Positions 1 through 13,190 are shown, counted from the first letter of the stretch. The stretch: DNA of 64,000 nt from Mobula hypostoma (GCF_963921235.1 NC_086114.1:22196001-22260000), one strand, 5' to 3'. Notes: a model not told the origin generated them from the sequence alone. Translations and numbers: made by a program.

Positions 1-315
1 CATTCAACACATATTCCTCACTCTTCATACTTTGACTGATAATTATCTCATCCACTGTCCCACAGTGTACATGATCACCAGTAACATCCCTGGCACCAGT
101 GAGTACATCATTGACACTATTAACTGCACTATTTCATGTGACTGATTTATCACAGTAAATACCAAGAAAAGCACGAGACCATCAGTGAGTGACCCTACTC
201 ACCACGGTAGAGTTGCCAACCACAGCCCAAAGCATGAGTAGGGAGGGGGTTGAATGAGGGACTCTGCTGTGGGAAATACGATCAAAATAGTGTAATAGTG
301 AGATCAGGAAAATAC

Positions 316-482
316 AGACAAAATGCTGGAGGAACTCAGCAGGTCAGGCAGCATCTGTGGAAAAGAATAAACAGTCGACGTTTTGGGCTGGCACTCTTCA
401 TCAGGACCGAAACATGTTGCCCGAACGGCGACTGTTTATTCATCTCCACAGATGCTGCCTGATCTGCTGAGTTCCTCCAGCG

Positions 483-537
<55 letters not shown>

Positions 538-582
538 TGGCTTGCTCCAGATTTCCAGCTACTGCAGAATCTCTGTGTGTTT
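316..582. repeat. Inverted pair of Penelope-derived short repeats with decayed hammerhead (372-409) and internal (TG)n
   Basis: Arm aaatgctggaggaactcagcaggtcaggcagcatctgtgg...cagtcgacg is mirrored by gactgtttattc...gatgctgcctgatctgctgagttcctccagc; (TG)n at ~484-534. Confidence 0.8.
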
Positions 583-1584
583 GAGATAAGGAACAGCTGT
601 CTCATTCTGAAGTAGTGATGACTGAGCATACAGTGAACTATTTGCCCCTCTTGTCCCTTACTAGTTGCTCCTCGTCACTGATACTACCCCACCCCCTCCC
701 CAGCAGGCTGTCTCTCCCCTCTCTTTACACTGGAAGTTGCTTTATGAGTTTTTATTAATGTTTGCAAATTCCCGGTTCAGGCCGTGTAACATTGCTAGGA
801 GTTGTACAGCTGTGGCGGAGAGAGGAAGCAGCTCCAGGGTGTGTACACCCCCAGCCCCAGGGAAATTTACTGCCACCAAAGGCTGGGGAAAAGCAGCAAT
901 CACGGCACATTGGGGTGAAGGTTTGACTTTGGCCATGAGTGCTGAACAGATGTCTCAGTGGAACAGGTTAATGGCAGGGGCACCGTCAACATAACTAGCC
1001 TGTTTGGCATGAGCAGTCAAAAAAGGATCGCTACCACGCGTGAAGAATGTAGGGATGGCAAGACTAGTCCTAGGAGCTTCGGCATGAGGATCAAGTCTTG
1101 GGTTTTGAAGTTGGCATCTGGTCCGATGGTAGGTGCCACCCAGTGATAATGCATTTAGCACAGGGCAGGACGACTGGGCAGGCACCTTTAATGCTTTGTT
1201 TTGGGAAAGGCTCAGCTTTCTCTCTAGAAGCAATTTGAGACCAACTAAAGTATTGGAAAGGTTTGACTCAAAAATAAACTCCAAAGTGAAACATTATCCT
1301 TAACAGGGCACAGAGTGTGCTGACAAACGCCCAGTTCAATGTCAGTCATTCGTGCTGAAAGGCCAGGCAGTATGGATGTACACAAGTATTGAAGAGTGCT
1401 GCAGTCGTTGGTATCGTGTTAGTGAAATGTTTTATTGGTGTTTGTGCCCAGTGTTAAATTGACCTTCACACACAATCTACCCACTTCTTCTCCATACATC
1501 CAATTGAAAAGACTACCAACAAAAATCATTCACAGTTGAATGACTGTCTAATTCAATAGGTATGTAAAAAGAGGACATACTCTC

Positions 1585-1730
1585 TTCTCTGTCTCTCTCT
1601 CTCTCTCTCTGTCTCACACACACACAATTTTGCATACATGTGTACTCATAATCTTAAATTTACACACTTAAATATACTTTCACAGACGTTCTCATGTGCA
1701 CGCACACAATGCGCGCGCGCGCACACACAC

Positions 1731-1763
<33 letters not shown>
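1585..1763. repeat. (CT)n, (GC)n and (CA)n microsatellites
   Basis: Direct reading. Confidence 0.9.
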
Positions 1764-4699
1764 TTCAGATCCATGTCTAGTTGCTTGCAAGCTAATTCTT
1801 AGCAAGTGTTAACTGATGGATAACAGAGGACTGTTACCAGTGAAAAGGGGAATACTCCTGAGCTGCAGGTAAGACTCTGGCAAGTAAAATGGCCCCATTC
1901 TGTGCTCCATTCATCTGGATGTCCTTTGTGAATTACAAAGTCTTTTGTTGTTAGTTGCAGTAGAGTTCCATGGGATGTCCTGACCCACACACACACACGC
2001 ACACAGGGACTGAACCAAAGCAGTATAGAAACTGCCCGGTCTTGTGGGATCATTTATTTCACCCAGCACGGGTACAGTGGGTGAAATACTGATAACACGA
2101 AGATCAGGATGATCACCATGAGCCATTCAAGAGGAAGTTTTACAGTGAGTTGGAGGAAATGGAAGATGTGGGGCCATGGGTTCATTGGTTTCTGTTGGAA
2201 AGATAAGCAAGAATTCCTTAATTATCTTCATGCCAACCTTTCTGTATGCTGTCATTGTAAACATACACTGACACACAAAAGCGGCCCCCTGTACGCTGAT
2301 CTGACCCCTCACACTCTTCGACCCCTCCCTTCCATATTCTGCCCCCCCCCCACTCATATCCACAATCCACATGCATTGTCCTCCACTCACACAGGCTTTT
2401 GTACTGATTCTTATGTTCACGCTGGCCCACACAGTGACCTGCATATACTGACCGACCCTTATCCTGACCTCCCGAATCACTGGGCTTCACCTAAACAAAT
2501 GGCAGATGTTCGGGGTACATTGGGGGGGAGCTCCAGCCTCCAGAAGCCAACTTTAATTGGGTTTGTCATGTGCACGGTCATAAGGGGATCCTGAAAGTTT
2601 CCCTCTCCCTTTGGACCACGGTGTGAGTTGCCTGATGTTACCCACTGGTTAAACTTTACTCCCAATTTCATTGGAGACAAGTCAGGAGCAGCTTTTCATG
2701 TTTGACTCAGCGAAGATTGCCTGTTTTATGGTCGCTTTCAAACGTAAAGGTTCCCTCAGCTGTTTTCCACTGCTGGCCTCCCAAACGTCTGAAGGTGTAA
2801 AGGCACAAAAATACCATCAAACATGGTGCAGCAGTATTCTTTCATCGGTATGGATTGTTACCAAATCAGAGGAGTTGAAAGCAAGATCACTCTAGTCACA
2901 ACTTAAGCTGCTGTCTCTTTGCTATCCAAGCACTTTTCCTGAAAAATGATTGAGTGAGTGGTGCGTTTGCTTGGGCTGACCAGTTTAAATTGACCGACAC
3001 AGTTCCTCCACCTTCCGCTAACATTTGCTTTATATTCATGTGATTTGTAGCACTGAGCACTGACAACCGTGCACCTGGCCTGCTGAAACCATGCTCTCGA
3101 CCGCGGCATTCTCAATACCCTCCAGTTAATTAACTATCTCCACTTTTATACTTCACTTCTCCATGTGAGTGTGAAAACTTTTGCGTTGCGTGTGTGTGTG
3201 ACGTGACTATGGGTCCTGTGTAGTTCAATTTCATAAGTGCAAGTCATTTGATGATCGGGTATTATAGGGTGGTGTGATATTATTCACCGCTATGGAATAG
3301 TGGTTTTCTTGAGGCTGTAGGATTGAGTACAGAGAGTGCTAAGTACATTTAGTGTCGTGTTTAGAGATATTAGCACTGATTGAGATATGGGGAGGAACGA
3401 AAGAGTTTCTTAAGGTTTGGGGAGAGAATGGATCAACGGTTAAGAATGGGGGAATGGGTCCATAACAGACTAATCATACCTGGACTTAATCTTAAGGAAC
3501 AAATGCCTATGCTCTTGCTTCAGATTTTATTGTGTTCTTTGTGTATAAAGGGAAAGGTGAACACTAAGATATGGCTAAACCATTAGGGTTTAGTTCTCTT
3601 TCCAATACAAAAATACCATTTTAATATCAACACAACTAAAAAGGCAAACGCAGCAGAGTCTACATCCACATGCAACTTTTGTCTGTCGATCGATGGTTTG
3701 AGGAAGTTACTGGAAAAAAATGTTGACGGTAATGTTATGATTGCATGCCTGACTTTCAAAGGAGCAAATGTGCAATACATCTCCACTGAAACTGTATGAT
3801 CAATGTGTAGTACAATGTAGAGGGTGCAATGTAATGTCAAGGAATAGTTCGGAGTAGAGTGCAGCACCACTCCTGCACAGTACTAGAGGTGTTTAGGGAA
3901 GGTGGGTTGGGGGCAGAGGGGTCAGAGGAACACCCTACACTAATGTCACAATATGGCTGTGGGGAGTGCTCCCTGACTCCTTGTGTGGACCATTGAGATA
4001 ATCCATAATGCTCTAATAATCTGTATGTAGATCAATCTCAGTCTCATATTTCATTCACTGAATAGATTAATGTATGCCTTGAGGTTCATGGGATTTACCC
4101 AGAATGTATAAATCTTGTTGTACTGAATGTTAACTGCTTGGAGATGTCTTATTCTCAATATTTACATTGTATTTGATAATAAAATAACCCATTTATCCGA
4201 GGACTGGTGTTGTTTTTCGGCATGTTTAACATAAAGCTTTATTACACCTCACTAAATGTTCCTGATTGGTCCTCTCCTCTTGGTTGTAAATATGGGGATG
4301 CCATGTCTAAGTCTTTCAAAGTTGATTGGCTGGTATTTAAACCTATTCTGTCTATTGTTCCTCGAAAATAAAGATTATATTTACCAGATTGGCTGTTACA
4401 CCAACCTATTTACTGTAATTTGAATTTATTAAACACTAGGATATTCCTCAAGGAAAGAAAGAGAAATTTGGTAGTTTTTTTGAATGAACAGCATTGAATT
4501 TATATAATGGCTACAGGCCATTTCCTTTTAAATACTGTACCTGCTGGTATTTTAGTCTATACAATGTTTCTTGTTTTCACTTATAGTCAACACAACCTAT
4601 TCCATTCTCCTACATACTTGAAGATATCGATGCTATTCAGCTCAACCACACCACGTGGGACAGAATTCCACACTCCAATGGTATTTCACCTATCTATTG

Positions 4700-5125
4700 G
4701 AATTAACATTAAAAATCCCATGTATCTTTATCAATTAACTACCTTCCATCATAAGGTCAGAAGTGGGGATGGTCACTTGTGATTACATAATGTTCAATGC
4801 CATTGCAGCTTCTCTGCAAATGATATAAGCCATGCCTGCAAACAGCAAGCCCTCGACAGCATTCAGACGCTGGCAGGTATATGACTCCAGACAGTAACCA
4901 TCTCCAACCATCAACCGTTGGGAATAAGTGGCATTGCTATTGCCAACCCTACCACTGTCCATGCCTGGAGATAATACTGGCAAGACACTTCACTTAACTA
5001 TCTGTGTAAATACTGTAGCTGCCAGAGCAGGTATCACACTACAAGTGACTCACCTCCTGATACCCCAAGGACTTCATAATATCTGCAATGTACAAGTTAG
5101 GAAACTGAAGGAATACTCTCCACTC
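4700..5125 (+). mobile_element. Old CR1/L2-group LINE RT C-terminal fragment
   Basis: Translation VNTVAARAG...VTHLLIPQGLHNICNVQVRKLKEYSPL; same family as 22125-22838. Confidence 0.6.
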
Positions 5126-5399
5126 AAACTAGATGGGCAGAAAAGCCTGTTTCTCTACTATGGTGCTCTATGACTCACCAACTTTTCCACTTCAAAAATA
5201 AAACTTTATTCATAAAACAATATATTCAAAAGTATTACACAGAGCAAAATAATAATGTCGACTGTACTTTTCCCCATAGATGCTGCCAGGCCTGCTGAGT
5301 TCCACCAGCATTTTGTGTGTGTTGTTTTGACTTCTAGCATCTGCGGATTTAATCTGTGATTTTACATTCATAATCATGCATTCAATAGTGTTAACTTTT

Positions 5400-5660
5400 T
5401 AGTAAAAAACCACCATTGCTGCTCAGATGGCCCCCTGGGGTGATGCAATATTGTGGTGTTTGAGGGGCTTCCCCACCCTACCCAATTCCTCCACATGTGG
5501 CAGCAGAAGGTGCTTAGATTGTGGTCTTTCCCCACAGAGTATTTGCAGTGGCTGCATCAAACATCCCTCAGCACATACTCCTGCCTGTAGAAAGCCCTCA
5601 GGATGGGAGCAACATTTGGGCACACATTTTCTAGGGATTTGTCCATCTTAACCCCATCAG
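5400..5660 (-). mobile_element. L1/Tx1-like LINE 3' fragment
   Basis: Shares gtggtctttcccca with the Tx1-like fragment at 56577; preceded by actttattcataaa (antisense poly(A) end) at ~5203. Confidence 0.45.
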
Positions 5661-6995
5661 ACTCATTCCATTTCACCCCCAGATGAAATGAAAGACTGCC
5701 AAGGTGGTAAAATAGGGTTGTGCCACACTTGCACTAAATATAGCAGCCCTGAGAACACATCAAACCTAACAACCAAGTTCTTCCTAGGAACAGGTATTGT
5801 GTGAGTGGACCAGTGTTAGAGCGGGGAAGCCTTGCTTCAACAGGCCTGGTTGAGGTAAGTTTCTTCTGCGTTCTTCATCAGTTAGCGGAGTGAAAATGGC
5901 TTCAGGGGCAGTGCTATGTTCTTTGTGTGGGAGGTGGGAATTCCGGGAGACCTCCAGCCTCCTGGTTAACCACGTCTGCACCAAGTACACTGAGGCTGCA
6001 GCTCCTCAGAGAACACGTTATTTAACTGGAACTCCTGCTTGAGGACCTTTGGCTCATGAGCGAAACCGAGGAGGGTGATAGACAACAGTCCCAGGGAGGT
6101 AGCCACCCCTAAGGTACCTAGATGACAGTCAGGAGAGGAAAAGGAAATGGGCAGCCAGTGCAAAGTGCCCCTGTGATTATTCTCCTCAATAATAAACATA
6201 GCACATTTGGATACTGTTGAGGGGGATGACCTACCAAGGGGAGCCACAGCCAGTGGGTCTCCACCACTAAGTCCAACACTGTGGCTCAGAAGGAAAGGGT
6301 AGAGAAAAGGACTATGGTAGTGATAGGGGATCCCATAGTTAGAGGAGCAGACACCTGCATGGTATGTTGCCTCCCTGGTGCCAGCGTCCGGGACATCTCG
6401 GATCGGGTCCCCAGTGTTCTAAAGGGGGAGGGTGAGCAGCCAGAAGTCTTTATACATATTGGCATCAATGGCTTACGTAGGAAAAAGGAGGAGGTTCTGA
6501 AGAGAGAATTAGTGGAGCAAGGTAGAAAACCTGAAAAGCAGGGCCTCCAGGGTAGTAATCTCTGGATTGCTGCCTGTGTCACATGCCAATGAGTGTAAGA
6601 ATTGGATGATTTGGCAGATGAATGCCTGGCTCAGGAACTGGTGCAGGGGGCAGGGCTTCAGATTTATGGATCATTGGGATCTCTTCTGGGGAAGGTATGA
6701 CCTTAACCCAACGAGGACCAATATCCTCATTGCTGACAGGTTTGCTAGAGCTGCTGGGGAGGGTTTGAAGTAAATTGGCAGGGCGCTGGGAACCAGAGTG
6801 ACTGGGCTGAGGATGGGACAGTTGGTGTACAACTAGATACAATGTGTAGTGAGACTGTGAGGAAGGACAGGCAGGTGATGGGGCAAAATTGCAGCTAGTG
6901 GGATGATTTTCAGTGTAACATGGGCACAAAATCTAAAGGGATGACAAATACGGGACTGAAGGTGTAGTATTTGAATGCACACAGTATACAGAATA

Positions 6996-7245
6996 ATTTC
7001 TATTTATTTATTAAGATACAGTATGGAGTAGGCCCTTCCAGATCTGTGAAGCCATGCTGCCCAGCAATCCCCCTGCCCTAATCATGGGACAAATTTACAG
7101 TGACTAATTAACCTGCCAACTGGTAGCACCCAGAAGAAACCCACGTGGTCACGGGGACAATGTACAAATTTCTTACAGGCAGAAGCGGGAATTGAACCCA
7201 GATCGCCTGCACTGTAAAGTGTTGTGCTAACCACTACACTACCGT
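6996..7245 (-). mobile_element. HE1/V-SINE-like tRNA-derived SINE
   Basis: Antisense V-core (gcacccagaagaaacccacgtggtcacgggg), B-box complement gggaattgaacc and A-box complement gctaaccact. Confidence 0.7.
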
Positions 7246-7485
7246 AGGTGATCTTGTAGTGCAGTTAGAAATTGGCAGGTATGTCATTGTGGGCATCACT
7301 GAGTTGTGACTGAAAGAAGAATCAGAATCAGGTTTATTATCACTGGCATGTAACGTGATATTTGTTAACTTAACAGCAGCAGTTCAATGCAATACATAAC
7401 CTAGAAGAAAATAAATAAATAAATAAAATTACAGTATATGTATGTTGAATGATTTAAAAAATCATGCAAAAACAGAAATAATATA

Positions 7486-8109
7486 CGAGGGGTGATTGAT
7501 AAGTTTGTGGCCTAAGGTAGAAGGAGTCAATTTTAGAAAACCTAGCACATTTATTTTTCCTACATTTACACACTTAGTCCAGCGGTCGTGGAGCATACGG
7601 ATCCCTTCTTTGTAGAAGTCGGCTTTTTGGACCTCCAGGAAGTGGTCCACAGCAGGGGTGATTGATAAGTTTGTGGCCTAAAGTAGAAAGAGATGAGTTA
7701 TTAACTTCAAACTTTCTGCATTTTCATACAAAGAGTTGAACTCCACGGGCATGTAACAAGAGCTGTATAGCTCTTCTCCTTCTATCCTAGGCCATGAACT
7801 TATCAATCATCCCTGCTGTGGACCACCTGGAGGTCCAAGACGCTCTCGTTACATGCACGTGCAGTTTAACTCTTTGAATGATAATGCAGAAAGTTTGAAG
7901 TTAATAACTCATCTCCTTCTACCTTAGGCAACAAACTTATCAATCACCCCTGCTGTGGACCACTTCTACAAAGAAGGGATCTGTATGCTCCATGACCGCT
8001 GGACTAAGTCTGTACATGTAGGAGGGGACTATGTTGAAAAATAAATGTGCTGGGTTTTCTAAAATTGACTCCTTCTACCCTAGGCCACAAACTTATCAAT
8101 CACCCCTGG
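7486..8109. mobile_element. Non-autonomous fold-back mariner element
   Basis: TIR cgaggggtgattgataagtttgtggcctaaggtagaaggag at both ends; TA TSD at 7484-7485 and 8110-8111; both arms encode the mariner C-terminus FYKEGI(R/C)MLHDRWTK..V.V(GGDYVEK). Confidence 0.9.
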
Positions 8110-8699
8110 TATATTAAAAAAGTGAGGTAGTGTTCACAGGTTCAATGTCCATTTAGGAATCGGATTGCAGAGGGAAAGAAGCTGTTCCTGAATTGCTGAG
8201 TGTGTTCCTTCAGGTTTCTGTACCTCCTACCTGATGGTAACAGTGAGAAAAGGGCATGCCCTGGGTACTGGAGATCCTTAATAATGGACTCTGCCTTTCT
8301 GAGACACCACTCCCTAAAGATGTCCTGGGTACTTTGTAGGCTAGTACCCAAGATGGAGATGACTAAATTTACGACCCTCTGCAGCTTCTTTCGGTCCTGT
8401 GCAGTAGCTCCCCGATACCAGACAGTGATGCAGCCTGTCAGAATGCTCTTCACGGTACAACTATAGAAGTTTTTGAGTGTATTTGTTGACATGCCAAATC
8501 TCTTCAAACTCCTAATGAAGTATAGTCACTGTCTTGCTTCTTTATAACTGCATCGATATGTTGGGACCAAGTTAGGTCCTCAGAGATCTTGACACCCAGG
8601 AACTTGAAACTGCCCATTTCTGATCCCTCCATGAGGATTGGTATGTGTTCCTTTGTCTTACTAACCCACCCTTCTACTTCCTCAAAGAAAAAAAATAAT

Positions 8700-9585
8700 A
8701 TAAATGGATTAGTAAATTTGCTGATGACACAAGGGTTGGGGGTGTTGTGGATAGTGTGGATGGCTGTCAAAGGTTACAGCGGGACATTAATAGGATACAA
8801 AACTGGGCTGAGAAATGACAGATGAAGTTCAACCCAGATAGGTGTGAGGTGGTTCATTTTGGTAGGTCAGATATAATGGCAGAACATAGATTCTTGGCAG
8901 TGTGGAGGATCAGAGGGATCTTGGGGTCTGAGTCCATAGGACACTCAAAGCTGCTGCACAGGTTGACTCTGTTGAAAGCATACGGTGCATTGGCCTTCAT
9001 CAATCGTGGGATTACGTTTAAGAGCCGAGAGGTAACGTTGCAGCTATATAGGACCCTGGTCAGACCCCACTTGGAGTACTGTGCTCAGTTCTGGTCCCCT
9101 CACTACAGAAAGGATATGGAAACCATAGAAAGGGTGCAGAGGAGATTTACAAGGATGTTGCCTGGGTTGGGGAGCATGTCTTATGAGAATAGGTTGAGTG
9201 AACTCGGCGTTTTTTTCCTTGGAGCGATGAGAGGTGACCTGACAGAGATGAGAAGCATTGATCATGTTGATTGTCAGAGGCTTTTTCCCAGGGCTGAAAT
9301 GGCTAGCACAAGAGAGCACAGTTTTAAGGTGCTTGGAAGTAGGTACAGAGGAGATGTCAGGGATAAGTTTTTTACGCAGAGAGTGGTGAGTGCGCAAAAT
9401 GGGCTGCGGGCGACGGTGGTGGAGGCGGATACGATAGGGTCATTTAAGAGACTCCTGGACAGGTACATGGAGCTCAGAAAAATAGAGGGCTATGGGTATC
9501 CTGAGGTAATTTCTAAGGTAAGGTCATGTTCAGCACAGCTTTGTGGGCCGAAGGGCCTGTATTGTGCTGTAGGTTTTCTATGTTT
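8700..9585 (+). mobile_element. CR1 LINE 3' fragment
   Basis: KFADDT, LYRTLVRPHLEYCAQFWSP, ERVQRRFTRMLPG, FFTQRVV; tail gggccgaagggcctgt. Confidence 0.9.
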
Positions 9586-12500
9586 TACCCTTCCTGTAGT
9601 CCACAATCAGCTCTTTTGTCTTACTGATTTGCGTGCAAGGTGGTTGCTGTGACACCACTCCATAGTTGGGAGCTTAACATCCAAGGATACACATTGTATT
9701 GAAAGGGTAGGAAGGTAGGCAGGTGGGTGGAGTGGCTATGTTGGTAACAAATGAAATGAAATTCTTAGAAAGACATAGGATCACAAGATGTAGAATCCTT
9801 GCGGGTAAAGTTGAAAAACTGCAAGGGGAAAAAGACCCTGATGGGAGTTCTATACAGGACTCCAGAAAGTAGCCAGGATGTGGGATAAAAATCTCAACAG
9901 GAAATATAAAAAGCATGTAATAAGGCGAATGACTTGAGAGTCATGAGGGATTTCAATATGCAGGTATATTGGGAAAATCTTTTTGGTGCTGAATCCCAAG
10001 AAAGAATTTGTAGAAGGTCTACAAGATGGCTTTTCGGATCAGCTTGTGGTTGAACCCACTAGGGAGAAAACTATTCTGGATTGGGTGTTGTGTAATGAAC
10101 TGGATTTGATTAGGAAGCTTAAAGTAGAGGAACCCTTAGGATAGGTGATCATAATATGATCAATGTTGCTGTGGAATTGCAAAGGCATGAGAAGAGTTGG
10201 CTAAAGTTGATTGGAAGGACACTCTAGCAGGGACGATGGCAGGTCAGCAATGGCTGGAGTTTCTGGGAGCAATTCAGAAGGTGCAGGATGGATATACACC
10301 AAATAAGAGATATTTTAAAGGCGGGATGATGTAACCGCAGCTGACAAGGGAAGTCAAAAACAAAATAAAAGCCAAAGAGAGGGCATTTATTACAGCAAAA
10401 ATTAATGGGAAGTTAGAGGATTGGGAAACTTTAAAAACCAACAGAAGGCAACAATAATATCAAAGAGGATACAAAAAGTTCTTTCAGAATAATAAAGAAT
10501 AAAAGAGAGACAAGAGTAGATATCGGACTACTGGAAAATGATGCTGGAGAGGTAATAATGGAGGACAATAGCGGATGAACTAAATAAATACTTTGCATCC
10601 GTTTTCACTGTGGAAGACATGAGCAATATGCTGGAAGTTTGAAAGTGTCAGAAGCGGAAGTGAGTGCAATTACTATTACTAGGGAGAAGGTGCCTAGGAA
10701 GCTGAAAGGTCTGAAGGTAGATAAGTCACCTGGACCGGATGGACTACACCCCACTGTTCTGAAAGGTAGCTGAAGAGATTACGGAGGCATTGGTAATGAT
10801 CTTTCAAGAATGAGAAGAATCTGGCATGGTGCCAGAGGACTGGAAAATTGCAAATGTCACTCCACTCTTTAAGAAGGAAGTGAGGCAGAAGGAAGGAAAT
10901 TATAGGCTAGATAGCCTGACCACAGTGTTGTAGTCGATTGTTAAGGATGACGTCTCAGGGTGCTTAGAGGCACATGATAAATTAGACAAAGTCAGTAGTT
11001 TTCTCACGAGGAAATCTTGCCTGACAAATCTGTTGGAATTCTTTGATGAAATAACAAGCAGGATAGACAAAGGAGAATCAGTGGATGTTGTGTACTTGGA
11101 TTTTCAGAAGGCCTTAGGCAAGGTGCCGCGCATGAGGCTGCTTAATGAGATAAACGCTCATGGTATTACAGGAAAGATACTAGTATGGATAGAGAAATGA
11201 CTGATTGGCAGCAGAAGGAGGGGGGGAAATGGTTTTCTGATTGTCTGCTGGTGACTAATGGCATTCTGCAGAAGTCTGTGGTGGCACCATTTCTTTTTAC
11301 ATTATATGTCAGTGAAGTGGATGTCACAATTGATGGTTTTGTGGCCGTATTTGTGGATGATACAAAGATAAGTAGATAGCCAAAGAAGCGGCAGATGGAA
11401 TATAGTGTAGGAAAGTGCATGGTCTTGCACTTTGGTACAAAGAGTAAAGATGTGCATTATTTTCTCAACTGGGGAGAAAATTCACAAAGCAGAGATACAA
11501 AGGGACTTGGGAGTCCTTGTGCAGGATTCCCTAAAGGTTAACTTGCAGGCTGAGTCAATGGTAAGGAAGGCAAATGCAATGTTAACATCCATTTCAATTG
11601 GACGAGAATGCAAAAGGAAGGATGTAATGCTGAGGTTTTATAATAGGATTAGTGCTAGCAGGTACTTGATGGTTGATGCAGACTCAGTGGACTAAAGGGG
11701 CTGTTTCTCTGTATGACTCCATGAGCCTACCTTCTCCCTCACTAATCTTGGTCGTCCTTTGCCGGTACTTATATCCTTTTCTTCTGACCTACAACTAACG
11801 ACCTTGCATGCCTGGTTAATGATCATAATGAATTGCAGAGCAGGTATAAGATGCCTATTCCAGCTCCTATTTTCTTGTGTTCTGAGCTGGAATAGTATAT
11901 TCGTCTCCCAGGGCATGCCTTCTCTCATTATTACCATCAGGGAGGCGGTACAGGAGCTTCGAGACCCACCCTCAGTGTTTTAGGAACAGCTTCTTTCCCA
12001 CCGCCAACTGATTTATCCACGGTCCATGAAGCCGAGAGGACTTCCTTGCACTACTTTTTGTATCACAACGTATAGAGATACTTTTGTCTTACACTGTACT
12101 GCTGCTACAGGATATGTCCGTGATAATAAATCTGATTCTGAGTCTGATATGCAATGTGGTGACCAGATTTGCTTATGATTGTTTAGCTGTGTAACTATTA
12201 AATTGCAATTTGATCTCCCCACTTTTATATCCAATGTTATAATTAATAGCGAGGAGGTCTGTATTTTATCACTTCATCCAACAGATGCATATGCCATGTG
12301 CAGCAACCCCCAGAAGTTGACCTAGGTTATGCTGTCAATCAGGAGACACAAGGGACTGCAGATGCTGGAATCTGGAGCAACAAACAATCTGCTGAAGAAA
12401 CTCAACGGGTCGATAAGTGTCTGTGGGAGGACAGGAAATCCATTTGAATGAGGCTTAAACCTTGACACAAGAGATTCTGCAGATGCTGGAAATCTTGAGT

Positions 12501-12714
12501 GACGCACACACGAAAAACTCAGCAACTCAGCAAGTCAGGCAGCATCAGGAGGGAGATAAACAGTCGGCATTTTGAGCCGCGATCCTTCACCAGGATTTGA
12601 ATGGAAGAGGGCGGGAGCCAGCTTGAGAAAGTTTAGCCCTGCTTTTAATTTGACAAAAAGTGTAAGCACTAGAACATATTTTCTGACAATTCAATTTCTG
12701 GCATTAAAAAGCAG

Positions 12715-13190
12715 CCGCAGCAGTAGCCCAATGGCTTGAGTCTTCAGGGTGCTGGGATACACACATTTTGAATCTTATCCCCTTCACTATTTGCTGGTCG
12801 CCACAGGACTCAATCCAGGATGTTAGGGTGGGCTCCCTTCGTGGAGAATTGCTGTGCATGACTTTGTTTAACGTAGGGAGGCTAATGCGCGGGCAGCCAC
12901 CGCACTGTCCTTGACGGATCGAGGTCAGGATCCGGAGACATAAAGTGCAAACAACTGGGGATCCTTCACTTTTGCAGCCGTCCTTCATCTTCATCGTGAT
13001 ATGTCATCATCTCCCACCGGCTCCACCATGGAGGTCTTGGTTGGATCGCTCTTTGTCTTTACTGCCAAGGGTTACCCCGCCAGGAGCTACACCGGATGGC
13101 TAAACTCCAGACAGCAGGATCTCAGGATCTCAGAACCTCACAAGCCTCTCCACCACAACAAGACGACGATCCTCCGAGAAGGAGAAAGCA
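12715..13190 (-). mobile_element. RTE-clade 5' UTR-derived non-autonomous element
   Basis: Minus strand begins ...gtcttgttgtggtggagaggcttgtgagg...ggcggggtaacccttggc, resembling RTE/Bov-B 5' UTRs; related copies at 28620-29010 and 55975-56395. Confidence 0.55.

Larger units (their letters stand above)
7321..9660 (-). mobile_element. Rex/Babar-type LINE 3' part, split by a mariner element and a CR1 fragment
   Basis: ORF 8142..8507(-) FYSCTVKSILTGCITVWY...LLPSGRRYR...FRNSFFPSAIRFLN; tail aatcagaatcaggtttattat at 7321; continues at 9585-9660. Confidence 0.85.
5800..11640 (+). mobile_element. Decayed near-full-length CR1 LINE (ORF1 zinc finger + SGNH esterase; ORF2 APE + RT), interrupted by nested insertions at ~6996-7245 and ~7321-9660
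   Basis: ATG 5896 MASGAVLCSLCGRWE...HVCTK; esterase VVIGDPIVRG...CLPGA...VFIHIG-N. ORF2 resumes across the inserts (aaagaaga|catagttggg) and carries DWKIANVTPLFKK, DVVYLDFQKA and FVDDTK, with many stops and frameshifts. Confidence 0.85.

Noticed and set aside
8822-9652. Long ORFs (276 aa here; also 25927, 27393, 30277, 50228) as host genes
   Set aside because: All are CR1 or Rex/Babar ORF2 fragments with retroelement tails.
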